Part shown: positions 13,601 to 28,700 of the stretch, in pieces | Layout: the number at the start of each line of letters is the position of its first letter | Position numbering within the stretch: the stretch's first letter is position 1 | NCBI RefSeq assembly: GCF_001194135.2 | Contig: NC_068982.1 | Location: 98,951,021 to 99,015,020, forward strand | Direction: 5' to 3' | Length of the DNA stretch: 64,000 nucleotides | Origin: Octopus bimaculoides | Lineage: Eukaryota | Program-made: the position numbers and the translations under genes | The notes under the pieces: generated by a model | The model's input: the letters and a program-made list of their open reading frames with translations, nothing else | Told to the model about the DNA's origin: nothing | Database searches by the model: none

Positions 13601-16600
13601 TCTATAACATTTGAAAAGGAGCAAATTTACAGATGTTTTATATCTAAGGTAGCAGGAAGAAAATTTGCTGAGATGATGATGATGATGAAAAGGGCAAATA
13701 GCAAATAAATAATTTTCTTCTTCTTTTTTAAGGACTTTCAAGCGAGATCGTTGCCAGTGCCCCTGGACTGGCTCTTGTGCGGGTGGCACATAAAATACAC
13801 CATTTGAGCGTGGCCATTGCCAGTACCGCCTGACTGGCCTTCGTGCCGGTGGCACGTAAAAGCACCCAGCTGTAGAAACTCTGCCAAATCAGATTGGAGC
13901 CTGGTGTAGCCATCTGGTTTCACCAGTCCTCAGTCAAATCGTCCAACTCATGCTAGCATGGAAAGCGGACGTTAAACGATGATGATAATGATGATAAGGA
14001 AATAAAAATTAAAATGTTTATCAATATCACCATTGATTTAGTGACAGCTTTCCCCACACTAACAATAATTTATCAACTGTTAAGTAAAACTTACGCAAGG
14101 CTTATAAAGTGAATTGCACATGTACTTACCTACTCAAACACCATAACACAAAGCCGAGACCACAGTACGGGTCAAGGCAGAGGGCTACGTCTCTGGAGGG
14201 ATACAGCTCACATTGGAGTTTCTGAGATCGACAAAGAGCTGTGGCAGCAGCATGAGACATCTAATATGTAATAAATATAGATAAAACATTATTGATCAGA
14301 GATATAAGTAAATACAAGAAAGTATTCAATTATATTGTAATATTTTATTAACTTTTCCAAGGCTTTACCATCAATTCCTATGAAGTACTCAAATCATATA
14401 AGTTTTACGGTATTTAAAGAATTTCATTCAGTATGTGTAAGTGAGTGTATCATTTTATAAAACCTAGAATTTCTGAGTGAATTTAAATAAAAATACATTA
14501 ATATGTATTTAGAGAAAATTGAATGATATATGAAGCAGAACATTTTGGTGATACTCACCTCAGTACAGCGATTCAAACAGACATGTTATCATTAGGGAAA
14601 ATATATGTCTGCATGCGTGTGTCTGTGTGCACATGCAAAAATTATATTTTTGACATTTATTAAAAGAGAAAATAAGAGTCTTACCTTGACTCCAGCAAGC
14701 ATTCCTGTAGTTGACACACTGAAATCGAGGTAACAGAGCATCTCAGGTGTAGGTGCACGGTAGACAACTGATAATTTCTTCTTGCCAAGGTCATCAGTAT
14801 CTAAGAGCTGAGGCCAAGTCTTGGGATCAACAACAGCACCTGCTTCCTGTTAATGAAACCAAGAACAAACTTTGTCAATAATGACACCACCCTTATATAT
14901 AGCTTGTTAAAAATGGACTTACAACTTCTGAACTATTTTCATTTGTATTAACTAGGAACAGACTATGTATATGGACACCCACTTGCCAATTTTACATATT
15001 ATCTCAGTACATAAGTAAAACAAATGAACAAAGAGATAACTGGTAGAGACAGACACAAACAAAAGCATATGGATGCCAACACAATGTTGGGCTATGTGAA
15101 CAATTTTTAGAGGCAAAGTGTCAAAAATCTATCCAACAAGCTACAAGTATATTAAAGTGAAACAGAGAAAGGATTACTTACTTTACTTTTCAGCAGTTTA
15201 ACAATAGGGTTATTTGTAAGGATTGCCACAGACTTGCTTACTTCAACAATCATTCTAACTGTGGGTAGGGTAGTGGCTACATTCTGTGGGTGTGGTGGTC
15301 TTATTGTAACAGGGACACAACCTGGAAAGAGAACAAGGAATACTTTAGGACTTTTCCTCCAAGGCACATTTGAAAAGAAACTGTGGGATGTGGACTTTTC
15401 TCGAACTGTCTCAATCTCTATATCAAAAGTGTAATGCTAACTTTACAAAATACACTTTTTCTAGACTAAATTCTTTGGAATTTTCACATAATACTGCTCA
15501 CTGAGAATTTATTAAAAAAAAAAAAATTTTTTACATAGACACAAGGTCTTGCATTTTTAGTGTGGTGGTGGTGGTGGAACAGATTGTTGCACTGAAGCTA
15601 GTATTTAACTGGTTCTTTATTTTATAAACTTCAGAAAGATGAAAAACAAAGTAGACTGTAGTAGGAATTGAACTAAAAAAAAAATAAAATAAAGAATCAG
15701 ATCAAATGCTGCAAGGCATTTCTTCCAGCTCTTTACATCTTTAGCTTGACACTCTAATGATTCTGCCAATCCACTACCCTTAATAATTTCTAATTTAGGC
15801 ACAAAGCCAGTAATCTTGAGGACAGAGGTAATTTGATTAAATCAACCACCGATACTTTATTTTATCAACCCTGGAAGGATGAAAGCAAAGTTGACTTTGG
15901 TGGGATTTGAAATTAGAATGTAAAGAGCTAGAATAAATATTACAAGGTATTTTGTTTGATACTTTAACAAACCTGCCAATCCCCCACCAGAATACTGTTT
16001 CTAATTTAGCACAAGGCCAGCAAGTCTGAATTTGATACATGACTAAAAGAATAAAAGGCAAACTTGGCCATGGCAAGATTTGAACTCTGAGTATGAAAAG
16101 CTGTAACTAAATACTGCAAAATATTTCTTCCAATGCTCTAATGATTCTTCCAGCGAAATAACAATAACAATAATAATAATGCTGATAATGATTTCTAACA
16201 TTGGTACAAAGCTCCAAACTTTGAGAAAGGGTTACAATATATTTAAACAACTCCATTACTTAACATCAATAATATGCAAGCCAGTGAGGTAACTTCTATG
16301 CAAGCAATTAACCTGCAAGATATAGAAGATCGGGTGCCTGCAAATTCTGGGTTTACATAGCAACAATACTACAATAACAAGCACAATGTGAACTCTTTAC
16401 TTACCCACAAAAAGGCAGCCATAAAATGCAGTAACTAAGTCCAGCCCTATTTAAAATAAAAGAAAAAATATTAAGAAAAGTATTACTGTAATTAGTGGTT
16501 AATGGTAAACATTTTAGTTGTATATATGGGGTACGCATAATGATTGATAGATTAATGCAATCTTTAAAGATATATATATCAGGCGCAGAAGTAGCTGTGT

Positions 16601-19469
16601 GGTAAGTAGCATGATTACCAACCACATGGTTCCAGGTTCAGTCCCACTGCGTGGCACCTTGGGTAAGTGTCTTCAACTATAGCCTCGGGCCGACCAAAGC
16701 CTTGCAAGTTGATTTGGTAGACAGAAACTGAAAGAAGCCCGTCATGTATATGTATATATATGTGTGTTTGTGTTTGTCCCCCCAACATCGCTTGACAACC
16801 GATGCTGGTGTGTTTACGTCCCCGTAACTTAGTGGTTCAGCAAAAGAGACCAATAGAATAAGTACTAGGCTTACAAAGAATAAGTTCTGGGGTCGATTTG
16901 CTCGACTAAAGGCGGTGCTCCAGCATGGCCACAGTCAAATGATTGAAACAAGTAAAAGAGTAAAGAGAGTATCAGCATTTACTTACCTGGTGGGTAAACC
17001 AAAGCTACATGGTCTCCTGTGTTGAGACGACCCTTCTCCATCAGTAGGCAACCAATACGTTCAGCCTTCTTATGTAATTGCGAGCAAGTCATCACAAGTG
17101 CAGGCTGCACCTAGAAAGAAGAGAGAATAAAAGACTTATAATAGGAGAAAAAGAAGAATTGCAGCTGACTATGGAAAGGCAGTTTGAAATTACACCCTGG
17201 ACTGGCTCCCGTGTAGGAGGCACGTAAAAAACACCTTTTTGAGCGTGGCTGTTGCCAGTACCATGTGACTGGCCCTCGTGCCGGTGGCATGTAAAAGCAC
17301 CCACTACACTCTCGGAGTGGTTGGCGTTAGGAAGGGCATCCAACTGTAGAAACTCTGCCAGATCAGATTGGAGCCTGGTGCAGCCTTCTGGCTTGCCAGT
17401 CCTCAGTCAAATCGTCCAACCCATGCTAGCATGGAAAATGGACGTTAAACGATAATGATGATGATGATGATGATGAACAAAATCTCCATCAACCGGGAAC
17501 AAACTAGGCTGTACAGAAAGAAGTGTACCATATACAAAGTAGCAGATTGAGCATCACAGAGTTGCTAATTCAATGCAGTCTCAATGAAAACACTCAGGAT
17601 CACTGTAGCTGATGGAGTAGGAGAAGTTAAAAAAACAAATGTATAAGCATACATCAGAAGAGATAAGCAAATGTAATAACAGAACTGTATAAAATGCACA
17701 CAAGCTACAGTCCATTGGAACTAAGAGACATGTTGGCACTTCAATATGAAAGATTTCACTGCACAAGGATTAGTATCTTCTCAGCAGTATATGACCTCTT
17801 GATTTCTTACGCTGTGAACCACAAATTGGATAGAAGCTTTTAGTACTAAATCATTTGCTACTATTGGAACCATCTCAAAGAATACAAGGTTCCAAGATCA
17901 GAGGAAACAAACACCCCGTTTCTCTTTGTCCTTTTGAGTTCAAAACATTAAACAATATTTTAAAGGTTTTATTTTAATGTAGAACACTAGTAATGTGCTT
18001 GTACCTTTGAATTGAGCAAAGTGAAAACAATATGATCTGGGTTTGATTGTGACCGCCATCGAAGGATCTCTGTCAGGAATTGATGCTGCAAAAGAAAATA
18101 AATGCACAATTTAGTATATATTAACTATAACTGGTTGTTACAATATATATTCAAATTATCAAAGAGAAAATTGATAAAGTGAGATATGAAAAGAAATACA
18201 TATGCATGGTAATGAGTTAGGAAATGATTAAAAGAAAACAATATCAAATGAAAAGAGAGTACAGACACAAGAAAGTTGAGGTTGTTGCTGTTATTTAACC
18301 TACAGTGCAACCATGATTCAGAACACATATGATTAAAAACATTCTGTCAATAATCATTTCATCTTTTTAGTTATCTAGGACTATATTAGGCTAATGTGCA
18401 TTTCTATATTTATGAATGCAGGGTATGATATGAGGGATATTTCAGTGCTACTTATAGTCAAGTGACCATAAGAGAGACTCATTAGTTGTAAATGAAATGC
18501 CAACAAGCAAATATATCAAACACAATCAAGTCAAGAAATAACCTTCGAATCACACTCTATAATCTTAAATAAGGACAATGAACATTATATAATGTCTTAT
18601 CCTTGCAAAAAATGAGATGGTTATAGTTGGAATTCCTTTGATAATAAGTCTGCTTGATCACAGTTGACAGCAACAAGAAATCAAAAATGAGAAAGCAACA
18701 AAAGACATTAACCCTAAACAGCTACCAACTGTCCAACCCATGCCAGCATGGAAGATGATGATGCAGCACTACCTCACTAAGGAGTATAGTTTTCATATAT
18801 AATGCCTCAGTGACTCCTTTAATCACAATCATCTCAGATTAGATTCAAAAGAAAACCATTCAGCAAATTGCTCAACTTCTCTTAGATGACGGTAAATCAT
18901 TGTACTATATCTTCTCTTTGCCATCTTAGGATTGCTATAATAAATTTTGTTCAACTTGCCAGTTACATTTCCCATCTACTATGCCTGATGTATTTCTCCT
19001 GTTTCTCTGATGCTTGTCACATTATTTTTCTTTCTCCTTTAACCTGGCATTTAAAATGACTAATGCCAAATATATTTATGGTACAGTTATTGCAAGCTGT
19101 TTAAGTCCTATATTAACTTCATACAATTAAAACTTAACCCAATAAAATGTTTAAGAGTAGAGCTTTTGGAGGAATCCATTCTATTTAATGATGGCAATGT
19201 ACACAGCAGTGTAACCTAGGTGTACAGAAGGTAGTGTTTTCTTTATACTGGAGCTAGAGTGAGAAATAAGAAAATATAGATCTCATACTTTAGATGTTGT
19301 GCCATATGAAATGGAGTTATACTCCAGATTTGATGATGTTATTGCTCAAGTCCAAGTCAATAATGATCAAAGTGTTCCAGCTATACCTCTCCCATCTTAT
19401 TTTCAGACAATGTATCTAAGACTATTCTCTAAATTTTATATTTCCTTTCTGAAGATGGTACTTTTGATG

Positions 19470-19520
<51 letters not shown>

Positions 19521-19666
19521 NNNNNNNNNNNNNNNNNNNNNNNNNNNNNNNNNNNNNNNNNNNNNNNNNNNNNNNNNNNNNNNNNNNNNNNNNNNNNNNN
19601 NNNNNNNNNNNNNNNNNNNNNNNNNNNNNNNNNNNNNNNNNNNNNNNNNNNNNNNNNNNNNNNNNN

Positions 19667-19705
<39 letters not shown>

Positions 19706-22700
19706 TCGTTGTCGTTTAATGTCCACTTTCCATGGGTTGGACGGTTTGACTTAGGGCAAGCAAGCCAGAAAGCTACAATAGGCTCCAATCCCATCTGGCA
19801 AAGTTTCTGCAGCTGGATGCCCTTCCCAACGCCAACCACTCTGACAGTGTAGTGGGTGCTTTTTACATGCAACCGGCATGAGGGCCAGTCAGGTGGCACT
19901 GGCAATGACCACACTTGAAAGGTGCTTTTTACGTGCCACAGGCACAGGACCAGTTAGATGGCACTGGCATTGACCATGTTCGAATGGTGCTTTTTACGTG
20001 CCACTGGCAGGGGTGCCAATCAAGTGGTACTGTCATTAGCCATGACAATGACTTCACTTATTTCAACAGGTCTTCGCAAGTGCAGTTTATTCCCCAATGA
20101 TTGAAGGGTACTCTTAAATGGGCTGGTTATGCTGCACTGGCATAGGCCATGGGTTATGGTCTCACTTGGCTTGCTGGGTCTTCTAAAGCACAGCATATCT
20201 CCAAAGGTCTCAGTCACTTGTCATCACCTCGGTGAGGCCCAACGTTTGAAGGTTGTGCTTCACCACCTCATCACGCTAATTTAAATATAAGTTACAACAG
20301 GGATGAAGTGAACATAGTGGGAACATCATCATCATTATTTAACGTCCCTTTTCCATGCTGGCATGGGTTGGATGGTTTGACTGAAAACTGCTAAGCTGGG
20401 GAGCTGCACCAAGTTCCAATCTAATGTCAACCACTCCAAGAGTGTAGTGGGTGCTTTTTACAAGCCAGTTACGCAACACCAGTATTGACCACAACTACGA
20501 TCTCACTTGGCTACACGTAATGTAAACAAACTCTAATGTATGAGAAAGTCTTAAAAGAATTTCAATGAACACTATGTGACAGAACTTCCATAAAATGCCA
20601 TAACTGATCTTGCCAGTCAGAACAGAGTGATTTGAAGACTATAGTATATACCACTGTCTATTAATGGTAGCTTATAAGTCTCCTCAAAGGAGAGTTGGTA
20701 GTCTTAACATAAGTAAAGTATTGCAGCCTTTAAATTGCTGTTTGAAAATCATTGAAAACAAAAGCAGCAAAACTTTAGAATACACCTTTAGGAACACTGA
20801 GGGAAAGGTTATTGGAAAGCAAACTCTCTCTCTCTAATAGTTTCCTTTTAAAAAATAGATGGATATCTATTGAGATTAAATAATTGAATGTAAGATAATA
20901 TATAGAAATTGTTCTTGAAATAGAGCAATCAGATAAGCTGGGAAACTACTAATATGGGATATAGTGATACTATTTAACAAAATTAGTCAACCTGGACTCT
21001 TGAAATGTTAAGATTATGTTGAGATACAATTTAGAATTTTTTTCACACTAAGTGTAAAGGGTGTTTATAGATTGGAGAAAAGAGAGCTGAATGTATTTAA
21101 TGGCCACTTTGTTGTTGTTTGATGTTTGCATGAGGAAATACACAAAATGCACACCTCTCCCACCAGTCTAAGAAGCCCTGTAAAGGGTTATGGACACTGC
21201 CATCCCTTCTAGCTAAAAAATGGGAAAAAAGGAAGGAAAGAATGCAGTTCTGAAAATGAAATGAAGCTTCTTAAATAAATTTACCTTCTTTCCTTGGTCA
21301 CCATCTTCTTCACAGTTGAGAAATTCACGACCTTGGGCCCAGGCTAGCCGCATGCCTTGAACGATATTCCCAACATGAACTGCTGAAGGGGTGACATCTG
21401 CAAGAGAACCTATTATAATTAATGGGACAACTAAAATATAGTTTATTAGTCCAACGAAAAGTCATATTAGTATTACTAATTACAATAAAACAAGGGAGAA
21501 AGACAATTAAAGCAATACAAACACATATATCAAGAAAACATTGTATTCATGAAGCAAACTTATCTAAATATAGAGGGTTAAATTTTATGATATAATAAAG
21601 TCAGTATGATCAAAATGGACAAGGTTGGTTTTGGTTCAGTTCAGAGACTCTTAGAATAATGATAAAAGGGGAATCATTCTTATTTTCTAGCATTTTGTCT
21701 TCTGTGGATTTAGGTAGACTATTTTATATAGGTTAAGCAAGAGCAGTAATGCCCTTCAAGAACCTGTTAGATTGAAGTTACTAATTTATTCCTGAACAAA
21801 TATCAAATAATTCAGATTATATGTTATGGAGGTTATTTTCTTATTAAAAGTTCAATGGCTTTGAAAACATCATACAAGATTATTAGTTTCAGCCTTGTTA
21901 CATTATTGTGTTCTAATTACACCCCTTAAGACAAACTAGCTACAATATAGATACAAGGACAGGTATGTAAGTGTCCAAAGAAACCATGTGTGAAGGGGCA
22001 GTGGTATGTTTCAAAATCCCCATCCTATGGAAGAACTTGAACATCTCCAGGTTATTTAAATCTACATTGCAGACTGCAAGGAGGCAACTGTTAACTGCAA
22101 TGGTCTATATTCGTAGTTTCTAACCAAAGCAGCAACATTCCATTAGATGCATGTAGGAGACACCATGTGTATAGAGAAGTAATTTTCTTAGAGATAAAAT
22201 ATTTAAACCAGCTACAATATTTCTATCATAAACACAATTTCAAAAGATCTTTGCTGAGATTAAAAATATGATGAATAGGACACTGAATTATCAGTAAGCA
22301 AAAGCACAACTGATAAGACACCATGATCCAATATAATTTTATTTTATAAATCCTTGCTTTCTTTAGTAATTTCCATAACATAGAGGTCACTAGTCAAGCA
22401 AACATTCAAAAAGAGGCACATCTGGGATGGGATAATAAACAACCAAAACAAATGAACTTGTGTTTAACCAAAATAATCGGCTTTTTTTTTTTTTTTTTGC
22501 AAAAAGTTGAGAACCACTGGTTAGATAAATAATAAAGATAAACAAAGTTAGAAGAAATAATGCAAATCTTTCTTTAAAAACAACAAAAGCAAAAAATTTG
22601 AAATAAGATACAGATGATTTAAGTAAGGTTAGAGATAAATAAGTGGTGAAAGGCAATACTAGTCTCGTTAGCTGATTTTAGTTTAATAAAATAAGCAAAA

Positions 22701-25700
22701 ATTGAGGTTGAAGTAAGAGCTCATTATGGCATCGAAGTATAGGCTAAAAATATGAAAACACATCACATAATTCACTCAATTATTTTTAAAAATAGAAAAT
22801 GATCTACAAAACAGAAGTAGAATAATTTGTAAAAATAATAACAATAAGTGACAAATTGAAGATAATAATATGTTTTCATTTCTAGCTGTTTTGCACTGTA
22901 TTAGAAAGGATGTCTTTTAATCTTTTGTGTTCTTTTACTATTAATAACTGAATCTATGAGAATGTAAAACAATTGCATATATATTATTGAAGCAAGATGT
23001 TGAACTAAATATTAACTGCTATTTTATGAGATAGGATTTGTATCAATATTGCTATTAGAATTAACTGAGCGAAACAATGTAATACACATCAAACACAATG
23101 GTAATGTAATACTATCAAACTCATGCAAATGATTTTATGAATTGTAATCTCACCTGGATGGTGTTCTCGAGGTTTAGGCAAGTTTGTTACACATGTGTGG
23201 GGACACATTAGTACGTTGGCAGGATGTAAGCAACCATCCAAAAATTTGGCCTTTGTCTCATAAAGATGGATGCCACCAAGTGGGGTCTAAAAGACAAATT
23301 ACATGATTAATATACTTATATTTATATATATTGATACCACTGATATCAATTTTTTTATTTAATGACAAAAAACTGAACAAGATAATGAGAGTATGTAGTC
23401 TCAAATACTGGTTTACTAAATTGTAAAAGTTAATATCCTTTAATGTCATTTAAAAATATTGTTAGAAAAATATTAGACAAAAGTAAATTGTCAATTAAAT
23501 CTTTAAAAAACACTTTTTAAGAATACATTTGCAACTACTTTTATAGGGCAAAAATGAAAAAAACAGTTGACTGAACTCTGATTTCAGTTACTTGTTTTGT
23601 CAACTCTGAGCTGAAGTGAACTTCATGCCGTGAAGTAACCAAGCAATATAGAAAATGAATCCAAAATGTACTCTTCACAGTACTAATCAATAAGAATTAA
23701 GTAACAAATACTAATTAATAAAGACTTTATAAATGTAATATGAAATTGACATTGTTGATAAAATTAGAGGAGATATTGAAGGTTCAAAGAAGTGAAGTTA
23801 TTTACCTTTGGCAGGTAATTAGGGGGCACTAGAGCTAAGCAATACACCCCAACTTGGTGGATGCTATCTACAGCCTGTAGAACACGACTCATCCATTGGA
23901 AACTCTGTGAAAAAAAGAAGGAAATATGAAGAACGTCAAGTATAATATCACTATGAGAGATAAACTAGAAATACTGCACCAATATAACAAAAATCATAAA
24001 GAAGTTAGAAACAAATATAGAGAAATAATTCATAATATTTATGTACACTTATTCACTCTAAACTCATTGAGTACCTAGAGTATATGAATTTTTAATAAAG
24101 AACCAAAGAGTTCAAAGCTGACAAACATTATATTATATTCTCATGTAAATCCCTTAATGCAATAAATTTCCCATTTGATGTTTAAATGATTAATCCTAAA
24201 AATGAATATAAAATTTTTGGAAATATCTGCCCTGAAAATAATGGAAATATATCCATATGTTTACTGAAATTTTAAGATAAAGACATTTAAAAAAGATGTA
24301 GGGAGGTTGGACAAGAAAAGAGCTCATCTAAAAACCTATACAGGGCTTCTTAAAATTGATTGAGTAAAGTTTTGTGCTACATGAGCTTGAATGTAAGGAA
24401 GGGATGCTCAATTCAGAAGATTATGTTCAACTTCACAAATTGATATTATCATCAGTTTTTTTCCAAACAAGAAATGACATTTCTGAAAAATTTCTTATTG
24501 TACCTCTTGTAGCATGTATATGATGCTAGGTATTACATATTTTTATTTAATGTTTACAAAGAAATGAAAAGCTTCAGACAATTATCTTAAGGTTTAGAAT
24601 GAAATGAAATGATTAACATATATATATATTAGTGTTTATGATAAATACTTTTTAAATAAATTATTAACCTCTAAAAAATGGATAAAGTGGGTGCAGGTGG
24701 TGAAAGTGTATCACTTAACCTGCCATTTCATATCACTTAACCCCCCGCCATTTTTCTGTTGAAATACACTACAATGTTTCAAATAATTTTAAAAATAAGA
24801 ATTAGTAAAATAACAGTCAAAATTAAATTGGTGGTTAGGATATGGATTAACATGAAATTTTGGCGAAAAGTTTAAATTTAGATTACTTTAAAGTGTAATA
24901 TTTAAATTACAAAACCAGGGGCAGTCTCAGGAAGGCTCATATTTTTGATATGAACCTTCCTGAGTTAAAGAATTTGCTTACTTCTTCTTCTGAGCAATCA
25001 GGTCTTTGTTCAGCAATAATCACAATTCTTTCATCTTTCAGAACATTTATAGAAAAGACCGCAATTCTAGAATAAAAGACAAATGAAATAATACTTTCAC
25101 ATGGTACAGAGGTGTGTTCATGAAAGATATTACAGTATTCCAACCTTTAACAAGTATTACAAGTAATATTTTAATGTTCTTCTGTTTCATACAAAGTTAT
25201 TCTCTGTCTGTATCTATATAACTGCTCTGACAATAAAAATAGTTGTTTCTTACATAAGTACAAGACTTATAAATTTTAAGTTACGGGAAGAAGTTCCCAT
25301 GTCTAATGGTGGAGGGAGCCTATGGAAGAAGCTGAACCAGGAAGACATAGAACAAAGTGGTGAAGCATGATCTTTGAACGTTGGGCTCATGGAGGCTATG
25401 ACAAGTGACTGAGACCTTTGGTAATATACCGTACTTGAGAAGACCTGTCAAGCTAAGTGAGATCACAGTTGTGGCCGATGCCAGTGTTGTGCTGGTGGCA
25501 CATAGAATGCACCCACTACACTCTTAGGGTGATTGGCATTAGGAAGGGCATTCAACTGTAGAAACCATGCCACAGCAGATTGGAACCTGGTGCAGCTCCC
25601 CAGCTTGCCAGTTTTCAGTCAAAACATCTAACCCATGCCAACATGGGAAATGGATGTTAAATAATGATGATGATGATGAAGATGATTGTTAATATAATGT

Positions 25701-28700
25701 AGTCCTGGCTTACTTTCATTTGTAATGACCATTCCCTATATTATCAACCATAGATGAATAAAAAGTGTAAAGTTTATTGACAGTTTAACAACAGAAAAAG
25801 ATGTAACTAAATATTGCAATGCAAATAATGTGATGTTCTACAGTGTTGGCCAGATCTATTTCTGCCAGATCTCATCAATAATGAATATGAAGCCAATGTA
25901 GAAAAATATAAATATATATTTACCTTCCTCTATAGATAAATTTCATTGGTTCAACAGCTAAAACAGTGGCAATAATATCATCTGTATTATGTCTTCGCCC
26001 AGATACCGTCATTAATCCTTCTTTACTTCCACATACAAAGACTAACCCCCCCTGAAAAAAAAAAAAAAGATATTAAAAATTAGTATTTGAAAAATTACAG
26101 CACTAACTCAGGCAAGCAGAAATAGTTATAAAAGAATTAGCATTCACACTCATAAGACTTCTGATAGAAAACTAATTTTAGAGAATCGTATAACAAAAGT
26201 AAAACAATAGTAATTACAGTATTGTTCAAGAAGTGGATGAGGTGTGTGTGAGAGAGAGAGAGAAAGAAAGAGAGAGAGAGAGGGAGAGAGAGAATGCATG
26301 TAGGGTGGGTATTAGATTTTATTTAAAAAATTGGCTTCCTTACAAACTCATGTAAAAAGACAAGAGTTCTTCATTTTGTTATGCTATTTCTCTTGCAAAT
26401 GTTTGAAACAACATGTTTCTAATTGCATGTTTTCAAATGAGTCCATTAGTCGCTTTTATTTTAGAAAAGCAAGAAAATACCATCTCCAACAAATGATAGG
26501 ATTGAGTGGTACTAGTTGACTATGGTTGAAGGCACTGGTGTCATGCAGGACTCAAGATTGACTTCTATTCTTATACACATTTTGTGTATTGTTGCCTTTC
26601 TTTTCTACACACATGCACCAAACATCATAAATAAATACAAAAAAAAAAAAAATCCACCATAATTTAATGTGTAACTCATGTTGATGGTTTACGATGTTAA
26701 AACAAGCACTTTAATATGATTTAAAGAGATTGTTTCAACTGTTGTTGCAGTATACAAAGTTCACTTTTGGAAAAAGTATCACAAATATACAGAAAAAGGA
26801 TTTCAATCAAAACCAAATACTTACGGGGCCTAAAAATCCTAACAAGCCTGTCCGAACAAACATTTTATCCCCTATCGGTCGGCCATCACTTCGTAGTGGT
26901 TGAACCTACAAGATGATACAACAGCATTAGAAAAGGAGACAATCAACTGAAAAAAATAAATAATATTAACAATAATGTTGACCTTCATTGTGAGACACTA
27001 TCTCTTGAGATCAACCATTACCACATTTTTAGTTTTTCCTCCTCTGCAGGTTCTCTCAATATGGATTACTTGACCTATATATTTATGCAACAATCACTCC
27101 TTCATATGATTTACATGTGTACAGCAGTTCAATCTTCTCTCATGCATGCTATATCTGATTTCTTTTAGTATCAATTTTTCTCTCTAGGCTCATTTGTGCT
27201 CCATGATTCATGTACACCAGCATTATACATTTAGCAAAGCATATCACATTTCCAAATCCTCCACGTTCAATATGCATATTTTTCTATCATGCAACAGTGT
27301 ACTCTACACAAACACTATACAATCTGCCCTGATTTGGAGAAGGAATCCATTTGTTGCCAACTGAGTTAAAAGCTTCTTGAATGTTTACTGCATTTACTCT
27401 GCTTACTATACTTTCACAACACCATAGCAAATAATATTTGATAGAAAATTCAATCATATTCTAAAAGACAGTACAAAAGTACTTCAATACAAAATACGAA
27501 GACCATATTCTTAGCAGCAAGTGTTATAGTAGCAATGTTCAAGATTACATGAACACACAACAGAGATCCGAGAATTGCTATATTACAGATCAATTTAATA
27601 ACTGAAATAGGTTACTCTGAGATAATGGACATTTAAATGTTAAGATAAAAAATTTAAAGATAAAAGTGAAGAAAGCAATACCTCACCTGGAATGTATTAC
27701 TGCTGAGTCCTTGCAGCCCCCAATAGCTACCTCCAGTGTACCCAGCATATACACAGAGTTCACCAACTTCATCTGTTTTACACAAGTAGGGTAGCCCCTC
27801 AGTTTTTATAACCACCATAACAGCTGCAGGAAAGAGAGAAAATAGGTATTTGTTAGCTGTATATTAAGAATATTTCTCTCTAATACAACATAATGAACTA
27901 CTACTTCCATGAATATCAGAAATTACTGAAGAGTTGTAAAATAAACATAAAGGCAATTTCTAATTATTTTATTTAGCATACTTTCTCTAATGTATATCAT
28001 AGTTTCAGTAATGAAATGGAATTTAATTTTGGAGTAATGAATAAAAAAAATAATCTCTGCAAACAGGTGATGATAAGGAGAGGAATTTACTTTTTATAAC
28101 AGGACTATGCTAATACTTAAAACAGATAAAATCATGGAGGAAATGTAAAGGCAACAGCATTATAAAACTAGAGGACCCAGATATACAAAGAGTTAAAGTG
28201 GTTAAAGCTATGTGGATGGATACCTTTTTATCAGATAGCATTTAACATCTTGTTTGAAAAAGTGCACAATTACAAAGGGTGTCAGTTTTTTTTGAGGACA
28301 CATCTTTCAAGAGTTCTAACTTTCTTCTTAAATGGTGTCAGGCATTAGGCTGACTCAGCAAATGAAAAGGCACATTTGTAATCATTGTCTTAAAAGCATA
28401 GCAGAGCGATACAGAGTTAGCTTACTTCCTGAAAGTTGCTTGATCTGTCATTGTCAAAGTTTGAAAGGAGCTGAAAGATGTTGACAGGGACCCAACACCA
28501 GCAGCTAAATGCAAAATGCATGCACAGGATCCCAATACCATTAGAACACATAACTTTGTGCAAAAAGCCCAAGAAATAATTGATGAAAACCCTGGAAAGT
28601 CAATCAGAGCCATTGCAAAGGACCTCGAAGTTTCAGAATGCACCATTAGAAGAGTTGTGTATGAGGTCATCTGGTACAGGTCATATGTGATGCAGAGGGG

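Noticed and set aside
28426-28470. 45-nt cryptic exon in the antisense transposon (ctttcag...GAA|GTAAGC)
   Set aside because: Stop after 5 codons in the host phase and only moderate sites; no support without RNA data.
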